In this document: one piece after another, positions 1 through 12,751 of the stretch
How positions within the stretch are numbered: position 1 is the stretch's first letter
How the letters are laid out: each line of letters opens with the position of its first letter
Assembly (NCBI GenBank): GCA_964016885.1
Contig: OZ024740.1
Span: 100,440,001-100,504,000 of the forward strand
Length of the DNA: 64,000 nucleotides
Origin: Eledone cirrhosa
Taxonomy: Eukaryota
Direction: 5' to 3'
Translations under genes and position numbers: made by a program
The notes under the pieces: generated by a model
What the model saw: the letters and a program-made list of their open reading frames with translations, nothing else
Databases searched by the model: none
What the model was told of the DNA's origin: nothing

Positions 1-698
1 TTTAACTGTGTGAATTGGTGCATTATCATCCTGAAAGATTGCGTTTCCCTCGGGAAACAGTTCCGCAACCATAGGATGAATTTGATCAAATAAAATGCTT
101 AAATAGTCTTGACTATTAATTCTGCCATGAAGCGAAACCATTGGGCCGGCGGATTTCCAAGATATATCCCCCCAGATCATTACAGATCCTACTCCATGAT
201 TAACAGTTGGAAGAAGGCAGTCTGGGTCAAATGCTTCTTTTGGTTGTCTCCACACGTATACTCGGCCGGTGGTCAGAAATAAGGTAAAGGATGACTCGTC
301 CGAGAAAATAACATTCTTCCACTGCTTTAGGGACCAATTCTGTAGGTTTTTACTCGACTCTAAACGCTTTGCAACATTTTTCTTTTTGAAAGTAGTGGCT
401 TTGTGGAAACTGGGTTCTCGAGATGGTCATGAAGCTCTGCAGTAATTTTGGGAGCTGTACTTTTGTGATCCTTTCTAACAATTCACGTAAGAATTCGATG
501 GTCCCTATCTGAAAGTTTTGGTTTTCTTCCAGAGTTTTGTTTCGACGAGGAGGTTTTTTCCTCTTTCTCAAAGGCTGACATTACATTCGAGACAGTACTT
601 CTTGATACACCAAACATTTCAGCTGTTTTCGTTACACTAGCGCCTACCATACGAGCACCGACAATTTGACCTCTTTGAAAGTCCGATAGATCTGTCAT
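1..698 (-). pseudogene. Tc1-type DDE transposase, disrupted
   Basis: N-terminal HTH MTDLSDFQRGQIVG...SGRKPKLS, then WKNVIFSDES (~295-322) and IFQDDNAPIH (~10-39). Stop at 483-485 breaks the frame. Confidence 0.9.
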
Positions 699-860
699 TT
701 TAATGAATTTTAATTACCTTTTTCTGATGATATCTGAAAAGAAACAGCAATGTTAACAAAACATATTAAGCAACACTAATAATAAATCAAAAACATAAAA
801 ATAAACAAACTTTTGATGCTATGATGCTAGGTGTTTCCATTATTTTGTCCAATCCCTGTA
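1..860 (-). mobile_element. Tc1/mariner DNA transposon, 5' part (runs off window start)
   Basis: Minus strand begins TA|CAGGGATTGGACAAAATAATGGAAACAC, a Tc1-type terminal inverted repeat with TA at 859-860, followed by transposase remnants. Confidence 0.9.
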
Positions 861-966
861 TATATATATATATGTATGTAAAAGGTAAACAAAAATAATA
901 ACACAATTGGTACAGTATATGGAAGGGATATATTAGGTTAACGCTTGATATAAAAGGAAGAAGGTT

Positions 967-1000
967 TTAACGTTTCGGACGTTAGTCCTTCATCAGAAGA
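967..1000 (-). ncRNA. Minimal hammerhead ribozyme motif (Penelope pLTR-like), weak stem I
   Basis: Minus strand reads CTGATGA-A-GGAC-taac-GTCC-GAA-ACGT-T: intact core, 4-bp stem II, palindromic stem III. Confidence 0.65.
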
Positions 1001-1336
1001 AAGAAGGAGAAATATGATAGATTGAGGGGAGGGGCGGGATGGAATTGGAAAAAATGTCTTTAGATAAAAATAACAGGTCCATTCATGTTGACATGTATAT
1101 ATACATATTTTTATTCATATAAATATATATTTGTATTCAACCCCAAATAACTTACCCAGTTATTGAACGCTCTGGGGGAAGATATATTGTCTTTAAAGTA
1201 TTGAAATATCGGAAACCCCCGGTAGACAACTGATGAGGAAAACTCCCCCCACCCTCCGTTCTTGCTTTCTTCCTATTCTCATTCCATTTTTAAGCCTAAC
1301 TTAACTAGAAGCTACACAACCATCCTATTCTCCATA

Positions 1337-1337
1337 T

Positions 1338-1387
<50 letters not shown>

Positions 1388-2422
1388 TTAAAAAAAAAAT
1401 CAGTGAGGCATCTGGACTCAGTTTATTGCGTGTTACAATTGTTTCGCCGGCAGGTAGCTCGAGACATGATACCCCCATGCACTTATATACACACACACAC
1501 TCTCCCTCTCTTACACATACCCAAGCACACCCACACCCATATACATACTACCATATGACTATTGGCGCCTGCCTAAACAGCCCCTTACATCCGGTCTCAC
1601 ACGCATGCATACGCGCAGACACTCACTTACATGCATACAAAGACACATATCGGCATTCGGGCACAACTGCACATATATACACAAACACTCTCAGACACAT
1701 ACATAGATACACACACGCACATACACGCATATCCTTATGGATAGGCATCAAGGACAGACACACTTCCAAAGACATAAACCCACATACACACATCTGTACA
1801 TATATCTACACACAAGTACATGTACCCGCATATAAACACATAGACAAACCCTGTCCTATGTGAGTGTACTTACGCACACACACACTGACAGATACACACA
1901 CCATGTATACATGTGTGTGTACATATACACACACAAATCCACACGCATGCAGACACACACACATACACATATACATATATGTACAAGCACACACATATAC
2001 ACACATACATGTATATACACACATACACATACATACTTATACACACATATGTATATATGTGTACACACACACACACAAATATACACACACATACGCACAC
2101 ACATATACCTACGCATATCCTCATATACACACATATATATATATATATATACACATACATACACATAAATACATACACAAATATATATAACTCTACATGC
2201 ATACACATACCCACACATATATATATACATACATATATACATACATATATACACATATATATATATATACATATACATACTCATATATATACACATACGC
2301 ACACGGACACCCACATGCACATATGCATATGTGCTTACACACATATGCTTACACATATAGATATATAAACAAAACCGTAAAATAAATATACTAAATACAA
2401 TAAAATAACAATATAGTATACA

Positions 2423-2460
<38 letters not shown>

Positions 2461-2870
2461 ATACTATATTGTTGTATATAATAGATATATGATAAAATAA
2501 TACATAATAAAATGAATATATAATCCATACGTACACATTCTTGTGAGATGTACACACATATATATATATATATAACTATATATATATAGAACTATATATA
2601 CATACATACACACACACATACACACACACATACTCATACACAGCTATATATATATATATACATATATATATACACACACGCACATATGTACACACATGTA
2701 CATGCATGCACACACACACATATATAAACACACGCATATATGTACACATGCACATATACACACACCCCACAAACACACGTATATATATATATATATCTAC
2801 ACACACACACACACATACATATACATACGCACAGGTCTACACATAAACACACATATAAAAACAATAAGAT
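1337..2870. repeat. Compound (TA)n/(CA)n microsatellite, low-complexity tract
   Basis: Direct reading. It explains the HT/YI/CV-rich ORFs in the track. Confidence 0.95.
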
Positions 2871-3358
2871 AATAAAATAAAATAAATTTGCAATATGTTA
2901 AAATACATTAAAATCTGTATATAACTTCACAAGGAGATATATAAAGGGGGGGGGGTAAAGGAGAAGGTATGTGTATTCGTGTATTCGTGTGATATACTAC
3001 ACACAGGTAGTATGAGGTGCAAACTTAGGTCCGTGTATGGAACAAACAACAATAACAATAATAACAATAATAATAATTGTTCCAAAGTGGAACATGTAGA
3101 GAGTATATATTTACAATTGACAGGGTAGACATTCATGGGGACGCTTGGCCCGGTCACCTTGGGGTTATGTCACTGTGGTTGGGGTGTGCTGTTCTATATG
3201 TTTGGGGTATTTGACTGAACGACCGTGGACTCCGTGTCAGTCGGTCCCGGCCTAGGCGGTGTACCTGCCCAATGCTGCGTTCGCGGTCTGGTGTGCACCT
3301 TGGTTTATTTAGGTTTGCCACACGGGGCGTATAATGTCATCAGGTTATGGTGTCAGGT

Positions 3359-3411
<53 letters not shown>

Positions 3412-3454
3412 ATGCATGTATGTATATATGTAAGTATATATATATATATATATG

Positions 3455-3618
3455 TAACGAAGGAAATGTGGTAAGGAACCAGGTGGACCATAACGCACCA
3501 AAGTACTCAATACTTAGGGTAGTAGAGTGGGTAATAGGAACGAGTAGGACCCCGACGATATGATACTAGGAAACATTGGAGAGACATGAAATGACATACA
3601 TATGTATGTATATATATG

Positions 3619-3655
<37 letters not shown>

Positions 3656-3800
3656 ATGTGTATATATATATATATACATACATATATATATAGGAACGAG
3701 TAGGACCCCGACGGCTGAGCTCAAGCCGTTTCGACGGCTAATTCTGGACTAAATGAAATTTTTTTATCCTGGTATATGAATAGCCGAGCTTCTCAGGGGG
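3455..3800. repeat. Unclassified interspersed repeat, related to 33413-33500
   Basis: GTGGTAAGGAACCAGrTGGACCATAACGCAC and CTCAAGCCGTTTCGACGGC occur at both loci, each next to (TA)n. Confidence 0.65.
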
Positions 3801-4450
3801 TAATTCTATATATGGTAAAAGTGATTGTCACACGGATTGGTCAAAAGTCTGTTGTTGAGACACATAATTCTATCATGGCAATTTGTGGAAGGAAGGGGTA
3901 GCTGAACCTCCAGTAGAAGAGAGAAGGAGAGGGGGTGGAGGAAACCCAGTCGTGCGTTGATAGTGCCAACTACAGCAGGACAGGAGGTCAAGGAAGTATA
4001 CTAGGGAGGAGGAGAGGGAGGAAGTCGAAACAAAAAGTAAAACAATATGGGGTAAAAATAGAGAAGAATACCGAGAATGTTAAAAAAAACAATTAAATAT
4101 AAAAAAAAAACAATTACTGGTTACTATTCCCCAACGACAGCCATGAAGTCTCTAACTGGTACTGCTAGATTATAGAAAAGTTTACTAGGTGGGACGAAAT
4201 TATAATGAGACCCTTTTAAGAGGTAGTAGTAATCAACCGAGTATATCTTACGGTGACGGGTCAACAAGTGGGGGGCCAAAATACTAAAGAAACTACCACG
4301 AAATAATAATTCAGAGTCCCGAGACCAATACGAAATAATTGTTTCTACCCTAGGCACAAGGCCAGCAACCACCCAGTGCAAAAAATAAACTAATACGAAA
4401 TAATAAATCAGAATCCCGAAAAAGAATACTAATACTATATATATATATAT

Positions 4451-4512
<62 letters not shown>

Positions 4513-4596
4513 GTATGTCATTTCATGTCTCTCCAATGTTTCCTAGTATTATATCGCCCGTTTAACTTACAATACAATCTTTCCAACGTTATTCGA

Positions 4597-4695
4597 TAAT
4601 TCTGTCAGACCTTCACAACAATCTTCTAGTATTTTAAACTCCCATAATTCTGTCAGACCTTCAAAACAATCTTCTTCTTCTCGTATTTAAACTCT
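4597..4695. repeat. ~48-bp direct tandem duplication
   Basis: ATAATTCTGTCAGACCTTCA-AACAATCTTCT...GTATTT(T)AAACTC occurs twice. Confidence 0.8.
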
Positions 4696-4704
4696 GATTA
4701 CTGT

Positions 4705-7520
4705 TATATGTTCGTTTAATTATGGTCGAATTTGCAGGAGTATATTTTAAAAATAACGTTGTAGTTAACTTCCCCATCTCCCTCACTCGTCCCTGTATCT
4801 CCAACCCATCGTTCTCACCCACCAAACGCAATCCAAATCATCAGAGTTGGTACCATGAATGTAGGCATTTTAAAAGGTCGCCCTAACGAGGTTGTAGAGA
4901 TGCTTGAGCGTAAGGAAGTCGATGTTTGCTGTGTTCAAGAGACCAGGTGGAAGTGTGGGTCTGCTAGATTAATTGTGGGTAAAACACGATGCTATAAGCT
5001 TTTCTGGGTGGGAAATGACAATGGGCTGGGTGGAGTAGGAATTATGTTAGCAGAAAAATGGGTAGATAAGGTAATAGAAGAAAATAGAGTGAACAACAGA
5101 ATAATTAAAATAAGACTTGTCCTAAATAGAACTACTGTGACAATAATATCTGCTTATGCACACAAATCTGGACTACCTGGCATTATAAAAGACATATTCT
5201 ATGAGTCGCTAATGCTGACTACCTCCCAAATAACCGACAGTGACTACATAGATATTGCTGGTGACCTAAATGGTCATGTTGGACAACGTTGTGACGGCTA
5301 TGATGGCATAGCCTCCATGGAGGCTATGGCTTTGGTACTAGAAATGAGGAAGGCTAATAACCTAACCATCTGTAACACAAACTTCAAAAAACGAGACAAT
5401 CACTTGATCACACATAGATCAGGGGAACGCGTCAGTCAGATAGATTATATCCTTACCAGAGGAGGTGACAGAGTGTCTGTTGTAAATACTAAATCCCTCG
5501 CCCGTGAAGAATGCACCTCCCAACATAGCCTCATAGTTAGCGATGTCGTAGGCAGGATGAGACGTACTCGACAACAGAGGAGGACTACCCCAAGGAGAAG
5601 AATATGGAAGTTAAAGGACCCCACAGCCAATAACAAATTTAAAAGCATATTACTTGACGCTTTTGACAGTAAGGCAGAGCGATTAGAGACGTACAATATA
5701 GAGGAACAGTTGGATTCCTGTACGTTAACCTGCTGAAGGCGACAGATGAAATCTGTGGCTGGAGCAGACTTATAGGCAGGTGGAGAGTAACGTGGTGGTG
5801 GAATAGTAAGGTGGAGGAATCAATCAAGGCCAAAAAGCAGGCTTGGAAAGTATGGTGGGATGGGGGAAGTAGAGAACACTATCAAGTGGCCAGGAGGGAA
5901 GCTAGGAGACAAGTGTACTTTGCAAGGACCAAAAACGTGAGGTATTCAGGATTGGTAGGCAATGTGTCAAGGAAAACCGTGATATTGTCGGGGAGAAGTG
6001 TGTCCATAATGATGATGGTGTACTTGCCATCACTGTGAAGGTGCATGGCTTAGTGGTTAGAGCATTGGACTTTCAATCGAAAGGTTGTGAGTTCAATTCT
6101 CGGACCGGGTGATGTGTTGTTTCCTTGAGCAAGACACTTTATTTCACGTTGCTCCAGTTTACTCAGCTGTAGAAATGAGATGATAGGACTGGGGTCCCTA
6201 TCATTAAATTACCCAAGAGACCTCCAATGAGATATACCTTGGAGGAGGCCAGCTAAACCTGCAAAGGTGGGAGCTGTCACACACACAAACACACACTTGC
6301 CATCCCTAATGCTGATAAGAAGGTAGCTTGGAAGCGTCACTACGGGAGGCTACAAATGAGGAGAATAAATGGGAAAAAGATAGTCTGCCCCAAATCGATC
6401 CAATAGAGGGACCAGCGGTGCAAGTTGAAGGTAGTATAATAAGTAAGGCAATCAAAGATGTGAAGATAGGCAAGGCAGCTCGGCCTTTGGAGATAGTTGC
6501 TGAAATGCTGAAAGCATCTGGAATGGTGGGACACACTATGGTCACCCGGATACTAAACCAAGTCATACAGAACAGGGTCATACCAAATGACTGGCGTAGC
6601 AGCATCATCATTAACTGCTACAAGAGTAAAGGAGATGCCCTAGATAGGGGAAACTATAGAGGCATTAAATTAATTGACCAGGTCAAGAAGGTCACAGAAA
6701 AAGTTATAGCGCAACTAATCAGAGAGCAAATTGATCTAGATGAAAGGCAGTTTGGGTTTGTGTCAGGTAAAAGTACCACAGACGCCCTTTTCCTTGTATA
6801 ACAACTACAGGAGAAGTACCTCGCTAAATGTAAACCCCTATATTTAGCTTTTGTAGACTTGGAGAAAGCCTTTGACAGAGTCCCCCACGCCATTATCTGG
6901 TCGGCCCTTAGAAAACTAAGGGTTGATGAATGACTTGTGAGAGCTATACAAGCTATGTATAAAGAAACAGTCAGCAATGTTAGAATTAACAGCGAATATA
7001 GTGAAGAATTTAGCGTATAAAAGTTGGTGTTCATCTGGGTTGATGGTAACTATGGGAGATGAAGACCTAGACAAATTTTGATTGAAACGATAAAAGCTGC
7101 TCTTACCCAATTAAACCTCACAAAGGAAATGACACAAGATCGAGACCTCTGGGAATATGTTGTACTGCAGAAGACACCCCATGTGCACTAAGTGAAATGA
7201 AACAAACATGCAGGGGATACACTAGCCTGCAGCATTCCTTTGCATGCACTCTTTGCCTTGATACCCCAATCACACCTTCATATCCTACCCACCTAATCAA
7301 TGTCACCCCCCCACCCCCCGACCTGATAACCCTCACCTCCCCAGCCCATGAAAGCTAGACATGCTCGATATCTGACCTCCCACAATGTTGTGACATGACA
7401 AAAAAGCACAAAGTCCACCTTGTGTGCTCATCTGGCACCAAAACAACAAAAGCACGCTGTCTATCCTCTAAGGGGTCATGATAATAACACAAGAAAAAAC
7501 ACCCAGTCCACACTGTAAAG
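4705..7520 (+). mobile_element. RTE-clade LINE copy 1, degenerate, internal deletion near 7040
   Basis: APE endonuclease (VCCVQETRW, AGDLNGHVG, SQIDYIL) and RT motifs (NYRGIKL, QFGF, AFVDLEKAFD), then a jump to the C-terminus and 3'UTR. The 5' sequence matches copy 3 at ~26350. Confidence 0.93.
6036..6294 (+). mobile_element. tRNA-derived SINE with CORE-like body and (CA)n tail, inserted in RTE copy 1
   Basis: A box TGGCTTAGTGG, B box GAGTTCAATTC, body CCTTGAGCAAGACACTTT. TSD ~14 bp: ACTTGCCATCACTG (6022-6035) and ACTTGCCATCCCTA (6295-6308). Absent from the homologous site at ~30200. Confidence 0.88.
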
Positions 7521-7529
7521 TGGATATCT

Positions 7530-9960
7530 TAGTGCCACGAGAATTTTCCACACATCATTTTTCTTCATCACCCCCTCTATATGTCTCAGCAATTTAAGAT
7601 CAGCTCTCACAAACTCTGCCCAGGTCTTCCTTGGTTTACTTCTACTACTGCTTCTTTCTACTTGGATTTCCTTGCACTTCTTCACCCTGTGATTACCATC
7701 CATGCATATCACATGCCCACACCAACGCAGTCTTCTCTCTTGAACACCACTTTGGATTCCTCTTTAACTTAGTTTCCCTTCTGTTCATCCAAGTTCTGAC
7801 TTACTCTCATATTTACATTGCATATCTTATGAAGCATGGTTGCTTCATTCCTCCCCAACCTATGCATGTCCTCTTCAGTCACAGCCCATGTTTTGCTACC
7901 ATGCAGCATTGCACACATGCATCATACAGCCTTTCTTTTGTACATAGAGAGAAGTTTTTTGTTGTCAGCAGTAGGAGGAGCTTTCTAAGCTTCTTCCATC
8001 TTATCCTCATTCTAGCTATTATGCTTTTAGAGCACCCACCTCCACTGATAATTAGGTCACCAAAATAGCAGAAGATGTCAACCATTTCTATAGATCCTTC
8101 TTGAGATTGGAAAAGATCACTGACACTCTTCCCCTCGATTGCACCTGTGCATCTTCTACAAATAAAGTCTTTTCTTCCTGTTAATCTATCTGTTATCCCA
8201 CAACACCTCCTGTGTATGCAAGATTTACATTGGGTACATCAAATAGAATTTATGCCTACTCCATCTTTACATACTGAGCAGGACCACTTCCCTGAAAGAA
8301 TCAGGATCCTATCTTCTTTCCTACCTACCAGTACTTTAGTTTTGGCTGAGGTTACTCTCAGCCCTTTTGATTCCAAATTATGTTTTCATAATCGCAACTT
8401 ATTCTCTAGTTCTTTCATGAATAGCCAGTCTTAAACTCCTCTGTTATGGCCTAAAGACCTATACTGAACAGCAGTGGGCAGAGAAACAAACTCTGATGAA
8501 CTCCAGCAAGCACCTTGAATTCCTCACTAAACTCACTTCCTACTCTGACTTGAATGACATGTTTTCTGCACATGGCATGCACTGCTCTCACAGGATATTT
8601 TACTACACCTAATTTTGTTAAGGACCACCGGATAAGGGATTAAGATACTCTGTCAAAGGTTTTTTCTAGATCAACAAAAGCTAAATACAGTGGCTCATTC
8701 TTGGCTAGGAACTTCTCTTGTAGTTGCCTCAATAAGAAGTGGGCATCTGTAGTATTTTTCCCAGACACAAAGCAAACTATGCGTCATCTAATTTGTCTCT
8801 TTCCCTAATTAACTGTGCTAAAAATCTTTCCATTACTTTCATAACTTAGTGCATTAGGTTTTTCCTCTATAGTTATTCCTTTTTAGAGCATCACCTTTAC
8901 ACTTGAAGCAATTTATGATTGTACTGCTTCACCAATCATTGGGTATGTTCCTTCTACTTCTCTCAATGCTTTCAGCATCTCAGTAATTATCTCCAATAGT
9001 TCTGCAGCTTAAGCATTCTTCTTTGACACTGTAACTGTCATTTTCAATAGCTGGTCCCTCTGTTTGGTAATTTGAGAGTAGTGTCTCCTCCCATTCATTC
9101 TCTACATTCAACAGCCTCTCACAATAACACTTCCATGTCTTTCTCTTAAGACCCTGTGGTGCTAAGTGCAGCAGTATGACTTCAAACATACTTTTCCCTA
9201 ACAACATTTTGATTTACACTGACACACAGCCTTGCAATGTGGAACACTTCACATTTCTGATCCTTATGTCTCAAGCTATTGGTAAAGTTCCTTTCTTCAG
9301 CCACCTCCTGAGCTATGTATACCTGTCATCTAGCTTCTCTCTTAGCTACCTGGTACTGGTCTCTGCTACCCCAATGTTTTCAGTTTTTCCATACCTGTCA
9401 CTTGGTGTTAATGGCTCTATACAATGTGCTATTACACCACCAGGTCATTTCCCCTTCATTTTATGAACTATAACCTCTAGCCATCATTAACTCCACTGAA
9501 TCTGTCCTGGCATTGCCCAACATGTCCCTTGAATGTGCCTGTCAAGATGATGAGGTCTCTTTCATCAGTAACTGAGGTTGTCTTTAAAAGTCCCTCATAG
9601 AACTGGTATTTTGTTCTTTACCCAGTGCTGCCTGTGGTGTATATATATATGTAATAGTCGCTATTCTATTTCCTACAGCTATTCTAAGTTTGATAATTCT
9701 GTCACTCTAACTACCTCTATCACCTTATCTACCCACTTCTCAACTAGTAGGATGTCTACCCCACCTATCCCATCATCATTTCCTACCCAGAAGAGTTTGT
9801 ATCTATATCTAAAGCACTCCTCTATCTCACCTCGTGTACACAGCATACATCCACTTCTTCCCTCTTTAACAACTTTACAATTTCATATGAATTGCCTTTC
9901 AGGGTGCCAATATTGAGAGTGTCAGTTCTGAGATGTGTAACTTGACAGTTAGTTATTTGA
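7530..9960 (-). mobile_element. RTE-clade LINE copy 2, older and heavily degenerate, convergent with copy 1
   Basis: Minus-strand motifs TLNIGTLKG...EVDVCCVHEVR, FCYFGDLIISGGGC and SKPRKTW. Confidence 0.88.
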
Positions 9961-10370
9961 GTAGTTATTTTTACATGGAAGGGAAAAATGCTGTGTGATT
10001 GTTTGATAACAGTTGAGGGCTTCGCACACATGACTTCTCTAGCCACCCCATTACTGTGCACAGCACTAACAGGACTAGTGTTAGTCACATATATGCAACT
10101 AGTGTGAATCTTGTATTGTACTTTCCATAATTTTGGTGGGGTTTTATTCTGGAAGGGTGACAAACACTTTACAGCATACAATAGGTGCATTAGAGAGGTT
10201 CTTACTGGATCCAAGACTCCTGTCCACCCTATATCAGTATCTACTCTCTCAGATGGATTGCCTTGACTGCAGCTTACAGAGTCAATGCCTGTCCTGTGCA
10301 GTCGTTTTTAATTGGAGTCACTGCCCTCCTATATGTGTTGCGTCCAGCAGTTGCAAATGTGGGAGAGATC

Positions 10371-10408
10371 GTCCAGATGAGGACCAGTTAAGTTCGAAAT
10401 GCATTGAC
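10371..10408 (+). ncRNA. Minimal type-I hammerhead ribozyme motif with one core mutation
   Basis: GTC-C[A]GATGA-GGAC-cagttaa-GTTC-GAA-ATGCAT-T-GAC: stem I GTC/GAC, stem II with one G-U, palindromic stem III. Confidence 0.65.
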
Positions 10409-11558
10409 AATTGCCACCCTTGCTTCTGCTGGACACCACCAGAAGGCCTTAGTCCCGGTGTTTTGGGCATAGCTATGGCTTTCTAAATGTTTACCTGTAA
10501 ACATACCATATTTCTTTAGGAATACGAAATTCTAATATATATCTCTATACAGCTATGCATGAAGCTAAATCCTAATTCTATTATATATATATATATATAT
10601 ATAGGTGTGTTTGAATGCATGTATGCTTTTGTATAAATATGTTAAACAATGATGATGATATATTCATGAACACATGCACACATTCACATCTGCGCACATT
10701 TACACACACACATATTTATATATATTTAATTTTACTTTTGTCTTCATCATCTTCTTTTAAGATGAGTAAAGTTTTCAGTATAGTTAATTTAAATCAGAAA
10801 AAAAAACCAGATAAGACAAAAATACTTTGGAAATTAATAACAAAATAAATATAAGTAGCATTCACCAGAAATAAAAATACTGTTTCATTTTAATCAGAAT
10901 TGTTCATTTTTATCCCTCCATTGCAAAATGAAATGAAATTTGTTTAAAATTATCCCAATGATTCCCCACTCGTTTTCGTTTTTTTCAGGTGTCTTTTATT
11001 TTATTTTATTATTGAAATTCAGAATTTACATATTACTAAAATTTACATAGAAATGGAACCATTAATAATGTTTGAAACAATCCTCTTACTTCTCATGACG
11101 TGTTGTTTTTAATAACATTGAGAAACGTTTCTGTCATCTTTGGTTTACGAAGATCTCTATATAGCTTGGGTAACTTGGAAGTACTTTTTTAATGTTTGGA
11201 TATAAAGAACAATTTATATTATATGCCTGTCTGATATATATATATATATAATGCTCGCTTTTGTTTTGAACAATTTCTGCTTCACATTTAAAAAGAGGGT
11301 TATAGCTCTGAAATATGTTGAAATATACTGGGTAAAATTTGACTTTGTTTTGTTTTGTTTGTTATCATTTGTCCTTTATATATTTCTATCTTAATGACCC
11401 TGTTTTTGAAACTTACCTGTCATTTATTATATATCTCACAATGATTTGTGTTAATTATACTACTTTATATATATTCCAAACCACTTCACTACTGAATGCA
11501 CATTCATAGTCACCGGCATATCACAACGATTGCATAACTGCACCAATGATTGTGTAAA

Positions 11559-11607
11559 CATCTGACGAAGTCACATAAATAACCATGTAACAGAAATATA
11601 TATAATG
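11559..11607 (+). ncRNA. Minimal type-I hammerhead ribozyme motif
   Basis: CAT-CTGACGA-A-GTCACAT-aaataacc-ATGTAAC-A-GAA-ATATATAT-A-ATG, followed immediately by AATAAA. Confidence 0.6.
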
Positions 11608-11687
11608 CAATAAACAATTACGGTGATTTAATCCTGTTTTAATTACCCTTATTTCAATACATTAGTAGAGTGTAAACATCAAGTTTA

Positions 11688-11755
11688 ATATAGAAATGGC
11701 TTCTACAGGACTTTGGAATAAAACAGTTCTAGTCTTGTAGAAGCCATTTTTATAT
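11688..11755 (+). other. 25-bp stem hairpin with 18-nt loop
   Basis: Arms 11688-11712 and 11731-11755 pair fully with two G-U pairs. Confidence 0.85.
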
Positions 11756-11761
11756 ATATAT

Positions 11762-12190
11762 CACCGTTTTATATCCATTTTTCCATGCTAGCATGGGATC
11801 AACATCATTTTCATCCACTGATCCCGTCTTGCTCTTAGCTAGGAACTTCTCTTGTAGTTATCTCAATATAAGGAGGGCAGCTGTGGTGCTCCTACCTGGC
11901 ATAAAACCAAACTGCATGTCATCTAATTTGACTGTTTCCCTAATTAGCTTCACTAGAAATCTTTGTCACTTTCATAACTTGGTCTATTAGTTTTATTCAC
12001 CTGTTGTTGCTCTTTTCTAGAGCATCACCTTTACCCTTGATGCAATTTATGATTGTATTGCTATGTCAGTCATTGAGTATGACGCCCTCCTGTATTACCT
12101 AATAGATTATGTAGGAGACTAGTTTAACTCCTATTTCCCCAGATGCATTGAGCATCTCAGCACCTATTTTAGATTGTCCAACAGCTCTAC
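11762..12190 (-). mobile_element. RTE LINE fragment (RT part fused to 3' terminus)
   Basis: Minus strand carries MQFGFMPGRSTTA-type RT sequence and the CATGCTAGCATGG 3' end shared with other copies. Confidence 0.8.
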
Positions 12191-12580
12191 CATATAGAGC
12201 AACTAATGTAGAACAACCAATTACATAGAGTAGAGGTACAATTTATTGTGGCATCATCAATAGTGACTTTATGTCCTCAATGAAATTAAAGGGCCTATTT
12301 GTCTCTCTGTGGTTTCTACTCATTCACCAAATGCGTCAAAGAGACTGTATCTTATTATTATACATTTAAAGCAATGTGGCGAAGAGAATGAATAGAAGCA
12401 AGAGAGAGCAGGGTGAAAAGAGCAAGGATAAGAAGGTGGGAGTGTTGCAGAGATAAGGATTAAAGTGAGGAAGAATATAATAGGAAATATTGGGAAACCC
12501 AGAGTGATTGTAGCTATTGTAAGTATCTTTCTTCCTCCAGCACTGTGTCTCTTTAATTTATTTCTATTCCAATCAGCATT

Positions 12581-12751
12581 CTTGGCCCCCAGACCAAATC
12601 CCTATTCCTTGCTATCAGAGCAGATTTGGCTACCCACAGGTGTGAGCCATGTGAGGTGGAGTGGCTGTTTCAGTGCATCTCCCTCACCATCCTTCGGGGC
12701 AATGTCTTTTCCAGCCTGTTGGCCGGGACCACAAGGCGGACTGACCCTTAA
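12581..12751 (+). mobile_element. 3' fragment of CRE-like restriction-endonuclease LINE
   Basis: Translates LGPQTKSLF...EPCEVEWLFQCISLTILRGNVFS...*, resembling the xLxQRISxAIxRGNA C-terminal motif. Confidence 0.65.

Noticed and set aside
1262-2864. Many HT/YI/CV-rich ORFs (also at ~15018-15314, 22264-22664 and 50794-51278)
   Set aside because: They are translations of TA/CA microsatellites or of the N gap.
3313-3343. Hammerhead-like CTGATGAC...GTGTGGCAAAC (minus); similar weak cases at ~1230 and ~11295
   Set aside because: Core bases or stems are missing; too degenerate to call.
6038-6105. tRNA gene
   Set aside because: A and B boxes only, continuous with a SINE body and flanked by a TSD.
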